Shown one piece after another: positions 1 to 9,592 of a stretch of 55,715 nt of DNA. Every line of letters starts with the position of its first letter. Within the stretch, counting starts at the first letter, position 1. A program made the translations under genes and the position numbers. Under the pieces are notes generated by a model. That model saw nothing but the letters and a program-made list of their open reading frames with translations. It searched no databases and was not told the origin of the DNA. Source of the stretch: Deltaproteobacteria bacterium (lineage in GTDB: Bacteria; Myxococcota_A; UBA9160; SMWR01); assembly GCA_032128375.1 (NCBI GenBank), contig JAQBGU010000049.1:1-55715 (forward strand), read 5' to 3'.

Positions 1-333
1 TCCGCCCTTTGCCCGGGCTGGGTCAATACGCGGATCATCGAATCCGAACGCAACCGACCCGAGGCGCCACGCGAAGTGGCCAGCGAGCAGGCTCCGCAGG
101 CCGAGGCGATGCGGAAGATCGTGACAGAACTCATCGCGGACGGGCTCGATCCGCGCGAAGTTGGAGACATCGTCGTCAAGGCCATTCGAATGCGGCGCTT
201 CTACATATTCACGCATGATTGGCAACACATGATTGAACACCGCATGCAGAACATCCTGCACGACCGCGACCCAGTTGGATCGATGCCTCCGGGTATCGCG
301 GAACGAATTTCTGCGCTCGTGTCGAATGGCTGA
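1..333 (+). CDS. SDR family oxidoreductase, C-terminal part (truncated by window edge)
   Basis: Frame 1 is open from base 1: SALCPGWVNTRIIESERNRP...GLDPREVGDIVVKAIRMRRFYIFTH, a typical SDR C-terminus. Confidence 0.85.
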   Translation, partial: SALCPGWVNTRIIESERNRPEAPREVASEQAPQAEAMRKIVTELIADGLDPREVGDIVVKAIRMRRFYIFTHDWQHMIEHRMQNILHDRDPVGSMPPGIAERISALVSNG

Positions 334-367
334 GCACGCGGTATATAAGCGCCACTACACAGCGAAC

Positions 368-540
368 GTCCGCATCGCGAACAAAATCCACGTAGACTTT
401 CTGGCGGACGTCGAAGGGCGGTCCGACGACGTTGTGGTTCAGCCTTCGGCCCCCTTTGCGGTCTCGGCCGCTGACCCAGCGCCGGAGGCCGCAACGCATG
501 CCGTCGCGATCACACCGGTGAATCGCCCCGCACACTTCAT
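368..540 (-). pseudogene. Internally deleted remnant of a third paralog of the secreted putative copper monooxygenases
   Basis: RBS (GGAG) and ATG at 540 give a signal-peptide-like MKCAGRFTGVIATACVAASGAGSAA. In another frame, 442-368 reads LNHNVVGPPFDVRQKVYVDFVRDAD, matching LNHNIHSDPFELRQKISVEFVRDRD in 6849..8015. Confidence 0.7.
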
Positions 541-665
541 GTTCGTCTCCGCTCCGCTACGTTCCTGCCGCCCCCTAGACGGTAGCTCGAGCAGAGCGAT
601 TGCCCCGCTTCTAGGGATTGCTTCGCGCAATTCAAACAGCGACTCACTCACCGAGGAGAATACGC

Positions 666-1868
666 ATGTCAGGCCCGCTTTCCGGAGTCCGGGTGATCGA
701 CGTTTCGGCGGTCGTCTCAGGCCCGCTCGCGACGATGATGCTCGCCGACCAGGGTGCCGACGTCATACGCATCGAGCCGCATGGGCTGGGCGACACTCTG
801 CGCCTACCCAACTTCGAGCGCGGCGGATTGACCGCATTTTTCGCGAACACGAACCGCGGCAAGCGCTCGATCGTGCTCAATCTGACCAAGCCCGCGGGAC
901 GAGACATCGTCTACCAGATGGTGCGGGATGCCGATGTGTTCGTACAAAACTGGCGACCCGGCGCAGCCGGCCGGCTAAAATTGGGCGAGCCCGATCTGCG
1001 CGAGTTGAACCCGGATTTGATCTACTGCTCGATTTCTGGCTACGGCCCAACCGGCCCGTACGCGCAACGCCGCGTCTACGACCCGATTATCCAGGGACTG
1101 TCGGGCCACACCGGCGTCCAGATCAACCCCGAGGTTCCGATCCGCGATCTCGTGCGGAACATTGTGTCCGACAAGTCGAGCGCATACACGGCCAGCCAAG
1201 CCATCACCGCAGCGCTATTCGCACGCGAACGCGGCGCTGGCGGTCAACACATCGAGGTTCCGATGCTCGACGCGTCGCTGGCCTTCTTTTGGTGTGACGG
1301 AATGATCGCGCACACCTTTGGGGGCGACGACAAACCTAGCGGCCGGACGTTGTACGAAGCCTACCGCTTGTGGGAAACCGCCGACGGACACTTGATGTAC
1401 TTCGCGGCGACAGACTCCGAGTTCGAAGGGCTGTTCCGTGCGGTCGGCCACCCGGAATGGAATGACGATCCCCGATTCGGCCCGCCCGAGGGGCGCCGCG
1501 ACCCGGAGAATGCTGCCGAACTCGGCGGGCTGCTGATGGCCGCCATCCAGTCGATGACGACCCAAGAATGCATAGAACGCATGGTGGAAGAAGATGTCCC
1601 GGTCGGTCCTGTGCTGGAACTCGATGAGCTGTTCGACGACGAACAGATCCGTCACAACGACGCGATCCTGGAATTCGACCATCCAACTGCGGGCCGTTTC
1701 CGGCAGGCCCGGCCCGCTGCCCGCTTCGACAAGACCCCACAGGATCCGCGCAAGCGAATGCCGCCGCTGCTCGGCGAACACACAGAGGAGGTACTACGCG
1801 AGTTGGGATTCGACGACGTCGCAATCGAAAACCTGCGCACCGACGAGGTCATTCCCTCCGGCGAGTGA
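666..1868 (+). CDS. CoA transferase, CaiB/BaiF family III
   Basis: GPLSGVRVIDVSAVVSGP, LADQGADVIRIE, NRGKRSIVLNL, PPLLGEHT; RBS GAGGAG upstream. Confidence 0.95.
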   Translation: MSGPLSGVRVIDVSAVVSGPLATMMLADQGADVIRIEPHGLGDTLRLPNFERGGLTAFFANTNRGKRSIVLNLTKPAGRDIVYQMVRDADVFVQNWRPGAAGRLKLGEPDLRELNPDLIYCSISGYGPTGPYAQRRVYDPIIQGLSGHTGVQINPEVPIRDLVRNIVSDKSSAYTASQAITAALFARERGAGGQHIEVPMLDASLAFFWCDGMIAHTFGGDDKPSGRTLYEAYRLWETADGHLMYFAATDSEFEGLFRAVGHPEWNDDPRFGPPEGRRDPENAAELGGLLMAAIQSMTTQECIERMVEEDVPVGPVLELDELFDDEQIRHNDAILEFDHPTAGRFRQARPAARFDKTPQDPRKRMPPLLGEHTEEVLRELGFDDVAIENLRTDEVIPSGE

Positions 1869-1875
1869 CATGCGG

Positions 1876-2343
1876 TCAGGGAGCCTGCTTTGGAGGCTTC
1901 GCGATCGCGAAGATTTCGACTTCGAAGACCAGGTCGGAATCGGGGGGAACAATCGTTCCGATTCCAGTCTTTCCATAGGCCAGCTCGGCTGGAATCCAGA
2001 TCTTTCGCAGGCCGCCCACCTTCATACCTGGAAGCCCGTCCACCATGCCGGCGATGATCCCACTCTGCCCGCCACGGATCGTCTGGTCGTATGGCGCGCC
2101 ATCGTCATCACGCGAGCTCCAGAACCTCGTACCGTCGGTGAGCCAGCCGGTGGTGTGGCATGTCACGGTCTGGCCAGGCCGGACTGTCGCCCCGGTTCCA
2201 ACCTCGAGGTCCTGGTACGAAACGCCAGACCACACTTTCACGCGCTTGGTATCGGGAGCATCGGGTTCCGCGCCCCTAACGGGAGCAATCGGGAGCGACC
2301 AGAAAAGAGAGATGAATAGCGCGATCAGCAGGACCCCGCGCAC
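1876..2343 (-). CDS. Exported FKBP-type peptidyl-prolyl cis-trans isomerase
   Basis: Signal peptide; DLEVGTG, GMKVGGLRKIWIPAELAYG, VPPDSDLVFEVE; GTG start inferred. Confidence 0.93.
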   Translation of the reverse strand: MRGVLLIALFISLFWSLPIAPVRGAEPDAPDTKRVKVWSGVSYQDLEVGTGATVRPGQTVTCHTTGWLTDGTRFWSSRDDDGAPYDQTIRGGQSGIIAGMVDGLPGMKVGGLRKIWIPAELAYGKTGIGTIVPPDSDLVFEVEIFAIAKPPKQAP

Positions 2344-2431
2344 TCGAACTTCCTCCTTCTCATCCTTGCGTACTCTGGCTCCAGGGTGCGAGCCAATCGG
2401 TAGTGGCAGCGGATTGAGATTCAAGCCCCGT

Positions 2432-3901
2432 CTATCTGCTCGAGCGTTTTCGCACGATCCCATCGAACAACATGGTCGGCTGAATGAGAGAGGCGAGAAT
2501 GGGCCACCACATATACCGCAGCTCTGCCGAGAAACCGATCAGCATATGAGGCAGCACGTATGCAATCGAACTCGCGCCGAGCAGGGCGATGTGGAACAAG
2601 TGCGCGCTGCGCGTACGCCAGGCGACCAGAACGGAGGCCAGACTCAGCAGAAAGTAGGGCCAGGGCCGAAACAGGATGCCCGACTCGCCGAGCGTTAGGC
2701 CTCCCGCAGCCGTGTAGAAGTCGATCAGCCAGCGATTGTGTGGCATCTTGAATACGTTGGGGCCCTTGTAGTCCCAGATGTAGACCTCTCGGCCCCCAAC
2801 TTCGCGCCAGACCGTAAACTCGAGCTTTCGAAACGGAGCCGTTTTTCCGATGCCCAGCTGGGCGCGGAAAAGAGCGGCTCGGGTCTTGAGGTAGTTCCGG
2901 GGCTCGGTGCGGATCGCACTGGCCCAAGCTCGCATCAACGCATCGACAACGCTGGGGCGTTCGGTCTCGATCGGAAGTAGCCGTGGTGCCCTCGGTCCCC
3001 AGAACGCGTAGAAGACCGTTTGTGGGTCGTAGATCCGGCGAATCTCTCCCATCGTGAGTGGTTCCTCGAAGTAGATCCCCCGAGGAATGTAGATGTGGCC
3101 CGAGCGGATCGAGATCCCCAGCAAGTCGTGCACCGCCAGGAACTGTTGATACGGGTAGTGGACGCCCTTCTCCCCGAGAATGGCGCGGGATGCCAACGTG
3201 GCGGTCCCAAGCATCGCGATGCCCACCAGCGTGCCCAATACCAGCGCAACAAGCGGTGAAGTGAGGTGGCGACCCAAGCGGAGCGATATGTGATCTCGCC
3301 CCAGCAGAAACAACATCCAAGCAGCGAGCGGAACGACTGCCGAAGCACCGTTGTGTCGCACCGCGACCGAGTACCACAGCGGGACGAGTGCCAGTAGCAG
3401 GGGCCACAGCCTGCGACTTCGGTCGCCCCACATGAGAAGGCCGTACCCGAGAACCAGCCCCATGACCATCCCGACGTCCTTGTGCGTCTGGCTCAACATC
3501 GAGAACACCGGCGGGAAGATTCCAATCAGGAAAGTGGCCACGAGGAAGATGCTCGTGCGCGAAGCAAACGTCCGCGCAACCATTGCCAGCCCGATCCAGA
3601 ATAGGGTCGTGTTGAACAGAAACAGGCTGCCCGACCCCTCGATCACACGGTCCAGATAGCTCCAGACCCACGCCATGATGACGGGGTGCAGGTCGGCATA
3701 CTCGCCCGATAGGGCTTGCCGGTATTGCCAGGTCGAGTCGCCGTTGAGGTATCCCGGATAAAAGAAGGCTGCGGTGAGCGCCGTGCCGGCGGCGGCCGTG
3801 AGCAAGACGAGGAGCCCGCCATTTCTCTCGAGGGGGTTGTTCGATGTAGACGAGGTGTTTGCTACCGCTCCAACACTGGCTTCGGCATTGCGTTCAACCA
3901 T
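2432..3901 (-). CDS. Polytopic membrane protein, putative GT-C-type glycosyltransferase (DUF6020-like)
   Basis: Many TM helices; FYPGYLNGDSTWQYRQA...DLHPVIM, HKDVGM, VRHNG, ELRYMWW. Confidence 0.6.
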   Translation of the reverse strand: MVERNAEASVGAVANTSSTSNNPLERNGGLLVLLTAAAGTALTAAFFYPGYLNGDSTWQYRQALSGEYADLHPVIMAWVWSYLDRVIEGSGSLFLFNTTLFWIGLAMVARTFASRTSIFLVATFLIGIFPPVFSMLSQTHKDVGMVMGLVLGYGLLMWGDRSRRLWPLLLALVPLWYSVAVRHNGASAVVPLAAWMLFLLGRDHISLRLGRHLTSPLVALVLGTLVGIAMLGTATLASRAILGEKGVHYPYQQFLAVHDLLGISIRSGHIYIPRGIYFEEPLTMGEIRRIYDPQTVFYAFWGPRAPRLLPIETERPSVVDALMRAWASAIRTEPRNYLKTRAALFRAQLGIGKTAPFRKLEFTVWREVGGREVYIWDYKGPNVFKMPHNRWLIDFYTAAGGLTLGESGILFRPWPYFLLSLASVLVAWRTRSAHLFHIALLGASSIAYVLPHMLIGFSAELRYMWWPILASLIQPTMLFDGIVRKRSSR

Positions 3902-4460
3902 TCCCGAATGGACTCCTGTCTCCGCTCCAGTTTTTCGATGTCTCGACTCTAGCGTCGACCTTGCTGCGGCAACATGGGTGGATCGATGTGAGACCGAGTG
4001 TTGGCCCATCGGACTCGCTCGCGCAGTCGACTAAGAATCCAGCGCCTCGTCGACCTCTACGAACGAATCGTTACGAGGAAAGAACCGCGTGTGACAGGCC
4101 CGCGCGTCTGGTCGCACGACACAGACTGATCAAATTGTATTCGTTCACGCGTACGCCGATATTCACTACCATGTGTTCATCGAGCACTTCCACCGAGCCG
4201 GCGTCGATCATTCGCGGCAGGGGAAGGTGCCTTCTGCAAAGGACAGTTCACGGCAATCCGCGACGCGCAGATCCGCAGCGGGGAACGCTTCGTAGCTAGC
4301 CTTTGCAGCTTCCGAAGGGGCAGCGAATTCGCGCGCCTTGATGTCTGAACCGGACCCCACGGGGCGGCGCCCGGTTGCGATGAGCTCTCAAAGCAGCGCC
4401 CAACTCGTAGAACGCAGTGCCGTCGCCTCCCCCACTGCGACCCTCTATATTGCACCGACG

Positions 4461-5510
4461 ATGGCCCTGCGTACGAATTCATCGAAGAGGTCCGTCGGCA
4501 AGTTTGGCCTGGGCAGCCTGCTCAATCTGGCCACGCTCGGTATCGCGGTCGCCCTCTCGATCGGTGTCGCCGAGATCGTCTTGCGCTCTCTCGGTCACTC
4601 TCCCTGGACGAACATCTCCTACTTGGAGACCCCGCTGATGTTCAGCCCCGATTCCGAGATCGGCTGGCGAAGCAAGCCCGGCAAGTACCTGTTCAGCGAC
4701 ATACCGGCCATCACCACGACAATCTGGCCGGGCGGATTTCGGGCGACCGCGCCATCGCGCACGCCGCGTCCCCATCCGATTGTACTCGTTGGTGGTTCGT
4801 TCATGCAGGGTTGGGCGGTCACCGATTCCAAAACGTGCGGCGATAGGCTTCAGGAGGCCTTCCCATCCACCGAGATCCTCAACCTCGGTACGGGAGCATA
4901 CGGCACATACCAATCTCTTCTCGTACTCGAGCGGTACTTAGCCGAATCGAATGCGTCCCCATCGCTTGTGATCTACGGCTTCGGCTACTTCCACGAGTCC
5001 CGAAATGTGGCCGCATATGAATGGGTGAAGGCACTATCGATGCTTTCGCAACTGGGCGCCGTTGCCGTCCCCTATGTCTCGTTCGATTCCCGCGGCGGCC
5101 TCAAACGCAATCCGCCCGCCAGTTACCCCGACTGGCCGCTCAAACGCCAATTGGCGTTGATCGCCCTGCTCCAGGACGGTTATGCGAAGCTCCAGAGCCG
5201 GAGCCGCTCGACGAATGCCACGCGCGCTACTCAGCTCTTGATAGCCGAGATGGCGAAAACCGCTCGCGAGTCTGGCGCAGACTTTCTGGTTGCGTTCTTC
5301 GCAGCTGGTTCAAGCCGATTGAAACAGAATTACGTGAACTTCATGGAGGGGGAGCAGATTTGGAACACGGACTGCAGCCTCCCCGGCCATGGAAGCGTGC
5401 AGTTCACCGTGCCGGGGTATGACCATCCCAACGCGCTGACGAACTCGGACTGGGCCAGCTGCCTCGAGAGCACCATCCGACAGAAGAACGGAGAGTCGCG
5501 CACTTTCTAG
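4461..5510 (+). CDS. Membrane-anchored SGNH/GDSL hydrolase-like protein
   Basis: N-terminal TM ending AEIVLR; GGSFMQG, NLGTGAYGT, DHPN; start uncertain (ORF open from 4338). Confidence 0.8.
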   Translation: MALRTNSSKRSVGKFGLGSLLNLATLGIAVALSIGVAEIVLRSLGHSPWTNISYLETPLMFSPDSEIGWRSKPGKYLFSDIPAITTTIWPGGFRATAPSRTPRPHPIVLVGGSFMQGWAVTDSKTCGDRLQEAFPSTEILNLGTGAYGTYQSLLVLERYLAESNASPSLVIYGFGYFHESRNVAAYEWVKALSMLSQLGAVAVPYVSFDSRGGLKRNPPASYPDWPLKRQLALIALLQDGYAKLQSRSRSTNATRATQLLIAEMAKTARESGADFLVAFFAAGSSRLKQNYVNFMEGEQIWNTDCSLPGHGSVQFTVPGYDHPNALTNSDWASCLESTIRQKNGESRTF

Positions 5511-5636
5511 AAGTTTGAAGAGAGCCAAGGTCACTACGAACGAAACTTCGCTCCGAGTCCACCCGCTTTTCCCCTACCAAGTCGGCTAGACGAGCTACCC
5601 AGCGCGCATCTTGATCCAAGACGACGACTCAAAGTC

Positions 5637-5660
5637 GTAGCGGCGCCCCTGCGCCGCTAC
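5637..5660. terminator. GC-rich hairpin between convergent genes, possible terminator
   Basis: gtagcggcgc-ccct-gcgccgctac: 10-bp perfect stem overlapping the stop codon at 5657; no U-tract. Confidence 0.4.
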
Positions 5661-6823
5661 TTCTTGCGGGGCCTGAAGTCGAAGTCGTAGAGATCCGTGG
5701 CGTGCAGATAGAAAAACATCGCGGTCATCGCGTCCTGCTGCTTGCCGGAGGTGTTGTTGTAGACGCTGACCAACTCGTACTCGTGATCCTTGTAGATGGG
5801 AATTCCCTCTTCGCTCGAGAAATGCTCCACCCCGGCGAGGCCGAGCCCACTTTCGGCCTGGCGGGCACGACTCTCGTATATTGTCTCGTCAGTCGTGAGG
5901 TCTCGCAGTGCCAAAGATTCACCAAATGGATGCAGGTGCACTGAGACGTAGTGAAGAGTCGTGTCGTACGGCATGTTCAGCTGCGGAGTAATCCGTGTGC
6001 GATTGGTCTCGCGACCGGGCTCCAGGATCCAGAAGCCAGTAAAGACTCGACCTTCGCCGTCGTGGACCAGGGGATGGTTGCCTTTGGCTTCCCCCACGGA
6101 ACAACCCGGCCCATGCTCCTCCAGCGAAACGATTTCAACCTTGTCACCATAGTGTCCGTCGCGCCCCTCGACGAGTTTCATGCCCATCGCTCCCCGCTGA
6201 ACGAGTGGCTTCAATGGACGCGGAAGATCGGCATCGCGAATGTACTCGAGGGCAACCTTGATGCGGAGCTCGATCGTCTCCCCGACCCGATTGTGGTTCA
6301 AGACCTGCGAGTTGAAATTGAGCTTCTCATTCGACATCCAGGGAATGCCGAAGCCGTCCGGCAGTCTCAACGAGGCCTGGCCCTGCGCCAGGTCGAATAC
6401 TCTATCGCCTACGGTCCTGATCTTGGTCGGGAATCGCTCGTGGTATTTGTCCGTATCGATCAGCAGGTGGTTGTGGCACATGAACTCCCCGGACATCTCG
6501 GTATCCGCATCCGCCCCGACGATTTCCGATTCGTAGGCAGTGAGCCACAGAAGCTCGGGCGGACCGTCGAAGCCCAAATCGAAGCTGTGCATCGCCTGGG
6601 GGCCCTGCATCGACTTGTAGATCTGATCGACGGTGTAAACCTTGGAGACAATCTCTTTGTGATAGACGGGAACCCCATCGCTTCGCAGCGTGACATCCGA
6701 CGGAAGGTCGAAGGCATCTCGCGAGACATCGTCGAAACTGGGCTCAGCGCCGCGCGCCACCCCCAGCCCGCCCGCAAGAATCACCAATGCGGCAAACAGT
6801 GCGAGCTCGAACCTATTTCTCAT
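5657..6823 (-). CDS. Secreted putative copper type II monooxygenase-like (PHM/DBH fold) protein, paralog A
   Basis: Signal peptide MRNRFELALFAALVILAGGLGVARG; EFMCHNH, HYVSVHLHPF, YNNTSG..QDAMTAM. Confidence 0.6.
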   Translation of the reverse strand: MRNRFELALFAALVILAGGLGVARGAEPSFDDVSRDAFDLPSDVTLRSDGVPVYHKEIVSKVYTVDQIYKSMQGPQAMHSFDLGFDGPPELLWLTAYESEIVGADADTEMSGEFMCHNHLLIDTDKYHERFPTKIRTVGDRVFDLAQGQASLRLPDGFGIPWMSNEKLNFNSQVLNHNRVGETIELRIKVALEYIRDADLPRPLKPLVQRGAMGMKLVEGRDGHYGDKVEIVSLEEHGPGCSVGEAKGNHPLVHDGEGRVFTGFWILEPGRETNRTRITPQLNMPYDTTLHYVSVHLHPFGESLALRDLTTDETIYESRARQAESGLGLAGVEHFSSEEGIPIYKDHEYELVSVYNNTSGKQQDAMTAMFFYLHATDLYDFDFRPRKK

Positions 6824-6848
6824 CTTGCTACCACCCAGACTGAGTGCA

Positions 6849-8015
6849 CTATTTTTTTCGTGGACGAAAGTCGAAGTCGTACAGGTCAGTTGCTCGAACG
6901 TACATGAACATGGCCGCCATCGCGTCTTGATCGACACCGGAAGTGTTGTTGTAGGTGCTGACCAGTTCGTATTCGTGATCGCGATAGATCGGGATCCCGT
7001 CGGAACTGGATATGTGGGTCACGTTGCCCAGCCCGATGCCCTTCTCGGTCTGGGTCGCCTCGGCGATCAAGACCGATTCTCCGGTCGTGAGATCCCGGAG
7101 TTCGAGCGACTCGGCGAACGGATGCAGGTGTGCGGTCGCATAATGAATCGTCGTATCGTATGGCAGGTGCAGCAACGTCGTGACGCGCATGTGGTCAGAA
7201 CGGCGTCCGGGCGGGACGACCCAGAACGCCGAGAACTTCCGCCCCGCTCCGTCGCCATCGACGTATTCTGGATGGCCGGCGTCTACACCCATCGCGCAAC
7301 CTTCGCCGGCGGCTGCCTCCCCCTCCTTGAGCCCGTAGTGGCCATCACGGCCTTCGACCAGCACGGCTCCCGCTGCGCCATGTTGCATCAGCGGAATCAG
7401 CGGTTTTTCGAGGTCGCGATCGCGAACGAACTCGACAGAAATTTTCTGACGCAACTCGAAAGGATCAGAGTGAATATTGTGATTCAACACTTGCGAGTTG
7501 AACAGCATTTCCTGGTCGGACATGACGGGAAGGCCGAAGCCTATCGGCAGATCGACGGGGGTCGAGCCCTGGTCGAGCGTGAACAATCGGCTGGCCCCGA
7601 GCTTGGTCGGAAACCGCTCGTGGTACTCGGTCCGATCCGTGAGATTCATCGTCGAGTGGCACATGAACTCCGGTGAGCTTTCATTGACCGTATCGGCGCC
7701 AACCATGGCGGAGCGGTAGCCCGTTATCCACAGCAGCTCCGCTGGGCCCGGCTCGTCCCAGATGTGGGCATTGTCCGTGCTATCGGGACCCTCCATCGAC
7801 TTGAAGATGCGGTCGATCGTGTAGACCCTCGAGATGATCGTCGTCGAGTAGAGCGGAACTCCAGCGCGTTCCCCGATAATCTGCGCCGGTACTACGATCA
7901 CGCTTCGACTCGGCGATTCGAGGCTTTCTTGTGTATCGACGCCAGCCAACGCGGTAGCGGTCCAGAGAACCGCGAACGCGAACGTATGCGCCAAGAAAGG
8001 GGTCGGACGGATCAT
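6849..8015 (-). CDS. Secreted putative copper type II monooxygenase-like protein, paralog B
   Basis: Signal peptide; EFMCHST, HYATAHLHPF, YNNTSG..QDAMAAM; collinear with paralog A. Confidence 0.6.
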   Translation of the reverse strand: MIRPTPFLAHTFAFAVLWTATALAGVDTQESLESPSRSVIVVPAQIIGERAGVPLYSTTIISRVYTIDRIFKSMEGPDSTDNAHIWDEPGPAELLWITGYRSAMVGADTVNESSPEFMCHSTMNLTDRTEYHERFPTKLGASRLFTLDQGSTPVDLPIGFGLPVMSDQEMLFNSQVLNHNIHSDPFELRQKISVEFVRDRDLEKPLIPLMQHGAAGAVLVEGRDGHYGLKEGEAAAGEGCAMGVDAGHPEYVDGDGAGRKFSAFWVVPPGRRSDHMRVTTLLHLPYDTTIHYATAHLHPFAESLELRDLTTGESVLIAEATQTEKGIGLGNVTHISSSDGIPIYRDHEYELVSTYNNTSGVDQDAMAAMFMYVRATDLYDFDFRPRKK

Positions 8016-8384
8016 CGGAATTTCTCCGTAACGCGCTAGCTCGAGCGATTCGCAGGAACGCGCGACAGGCGCTCAAGATAGCAGTCGGGATTCCCCGCTG
8101 CAGAGTTTTTATGGCACTCCGGCCCTCGGGCACTCTGCTCTTCGGGCAATCTGCAAGCGCTCTGATCTGTTCGTCGAATCGACCCCAGCCCGCCAGAAGG
8201 AAATGCATAACAGCCCATAGGCATCGAAAACAACTAGGCTTTCTTCGCTTGACATCGATCGGCATGGGAAGGATGGATCGCGTGCCTCACCCTCGCTCCG
8301 TCATTCGGGGGGCTTGGGATGAGAACATCGGCCGCCAGGTTCCGCGTCAGACAAGGGATGTGGCGGGAATCCCGAAAACCGTTC

Positions 8385-9493
8385 TCAGCCCTGACCGTGT
8401 CGCAACAGCCGACCCGGTGTTGCGTTCGTACACACATCGTTTTCGAATGTGATCTCGCCGTTGACCACAATCCAGCGGTAGCCTTGCGCACGTTGGATGC
8501 GGCGCCATTCACCGCCCGGCAAGTCGTGGACGACCTCTGAATCGTTCCACGAAGGCAACTGTGCGAGTCGATCGAGTTCGTACACGACGGGCGCGCCCTC
8601 CCGCAGAAAGCCGCGATCCTTGAATCCCGCAGCATGAGCCGGCAGATAGCTCAACTTGTAGTGCGCCTGTTCCAGCGTCATGCGCGCTTCATCTCGAACC
8701 AGCCAAGCGATCGTATCGGTGGTGAATGATCCGGTCGTCAGGAATTTGGTATGCGCGCCACCATCCGAGACACCCGGGAAGACGTAAGGGGAAGCGAGGA
8801 TTTCCTCGATGTCATCCGCGTTCACGCAGGTCACGCTCTTGGTCAGGAACGTGCCCTGTAGATCGGTCTCGATCGACAGGTCGATCATGACCTCGGCGCG
8901 GTGCTTGCCGCGTCGTTCGGCGATCTGATGAAGACTCGACCCAACCGCTGCATCTCGGCGAGTTCGTCTGGAGTAGAAGATCGGGACTTCGCGTTTTCGA
9001 GGTCCATCACATAGGTCATCAGTGGTGCCAGTGGCACGTAGCTCAAGCAGTTGACGCCCTTGGGGATGCGATCGAGTGTGTCCATCCACTCCGGGAAGGT
9101 CTCCCAATCCCAGAGCATGCCTTCCCGCAGGGTCTCCATCGGGATCGCCTCGGTCCGCGACATCGTCAGCATCGATCGCTCGCGCTCTGGTGGTCGCACC
9201 GGAGCGAAGCCGAAGCCACAATTGCCGAGAGCCACAGATGTCACACCATGCCAGCCAGAGATCGAACACCACGGATCCCATTGAAGTTGGCCGTCGTAGT
9301 GGGTGTGAAGATCCACGAAGCCAGGCGCAACGATCAGCCCATCGGCATCGAGAACGCGCTACGCTCGGCTGCTCGAGATGCGACCGATTTCCGCGATGCG
9401 GCCGGCAGAAATCGCCACGTCTGTCGTGTGCTTCGGGAGTAACGTCCCATCGACGAACGTTCCGCCCGCGATCAGAAGGTCGAACTCGGCCAC
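8385..9493 (-). pseudogene. N-acyl-D-amino-acid deacylase (amidohydrolase) pseudogene
   Basis: VAEFDLLIAGGTFVDG...; in-frame TAG at 9361-9359; APGFVDLHTHYD; frame switch near 8945 with the central part missing; SDGGAH and PGRLLR in the second frame. Confidence 0.88.
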
Positions 9494-9592
9494 AGCTGGA
9501 CTCCTTGCGGGGTAGCGACATAGGGTCGTTTCTCCAAGCTATCCCCCGTAGTCGAATAGGCTCTACCCCTCACGGCGAATCAGGAGATTCAC

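Noticed and set aside
4070..4215. Short minus-strand ORF MIDAGSVEVLDEHMVVNIGV...
   Set aside because: Under 50 aa, with no RBS or recognisable family
9359..9361. Amber codon as pyrrolysine or readthrough
   Set aside because: The same gene has further deletions and a frameshift; no pyl genes are visible
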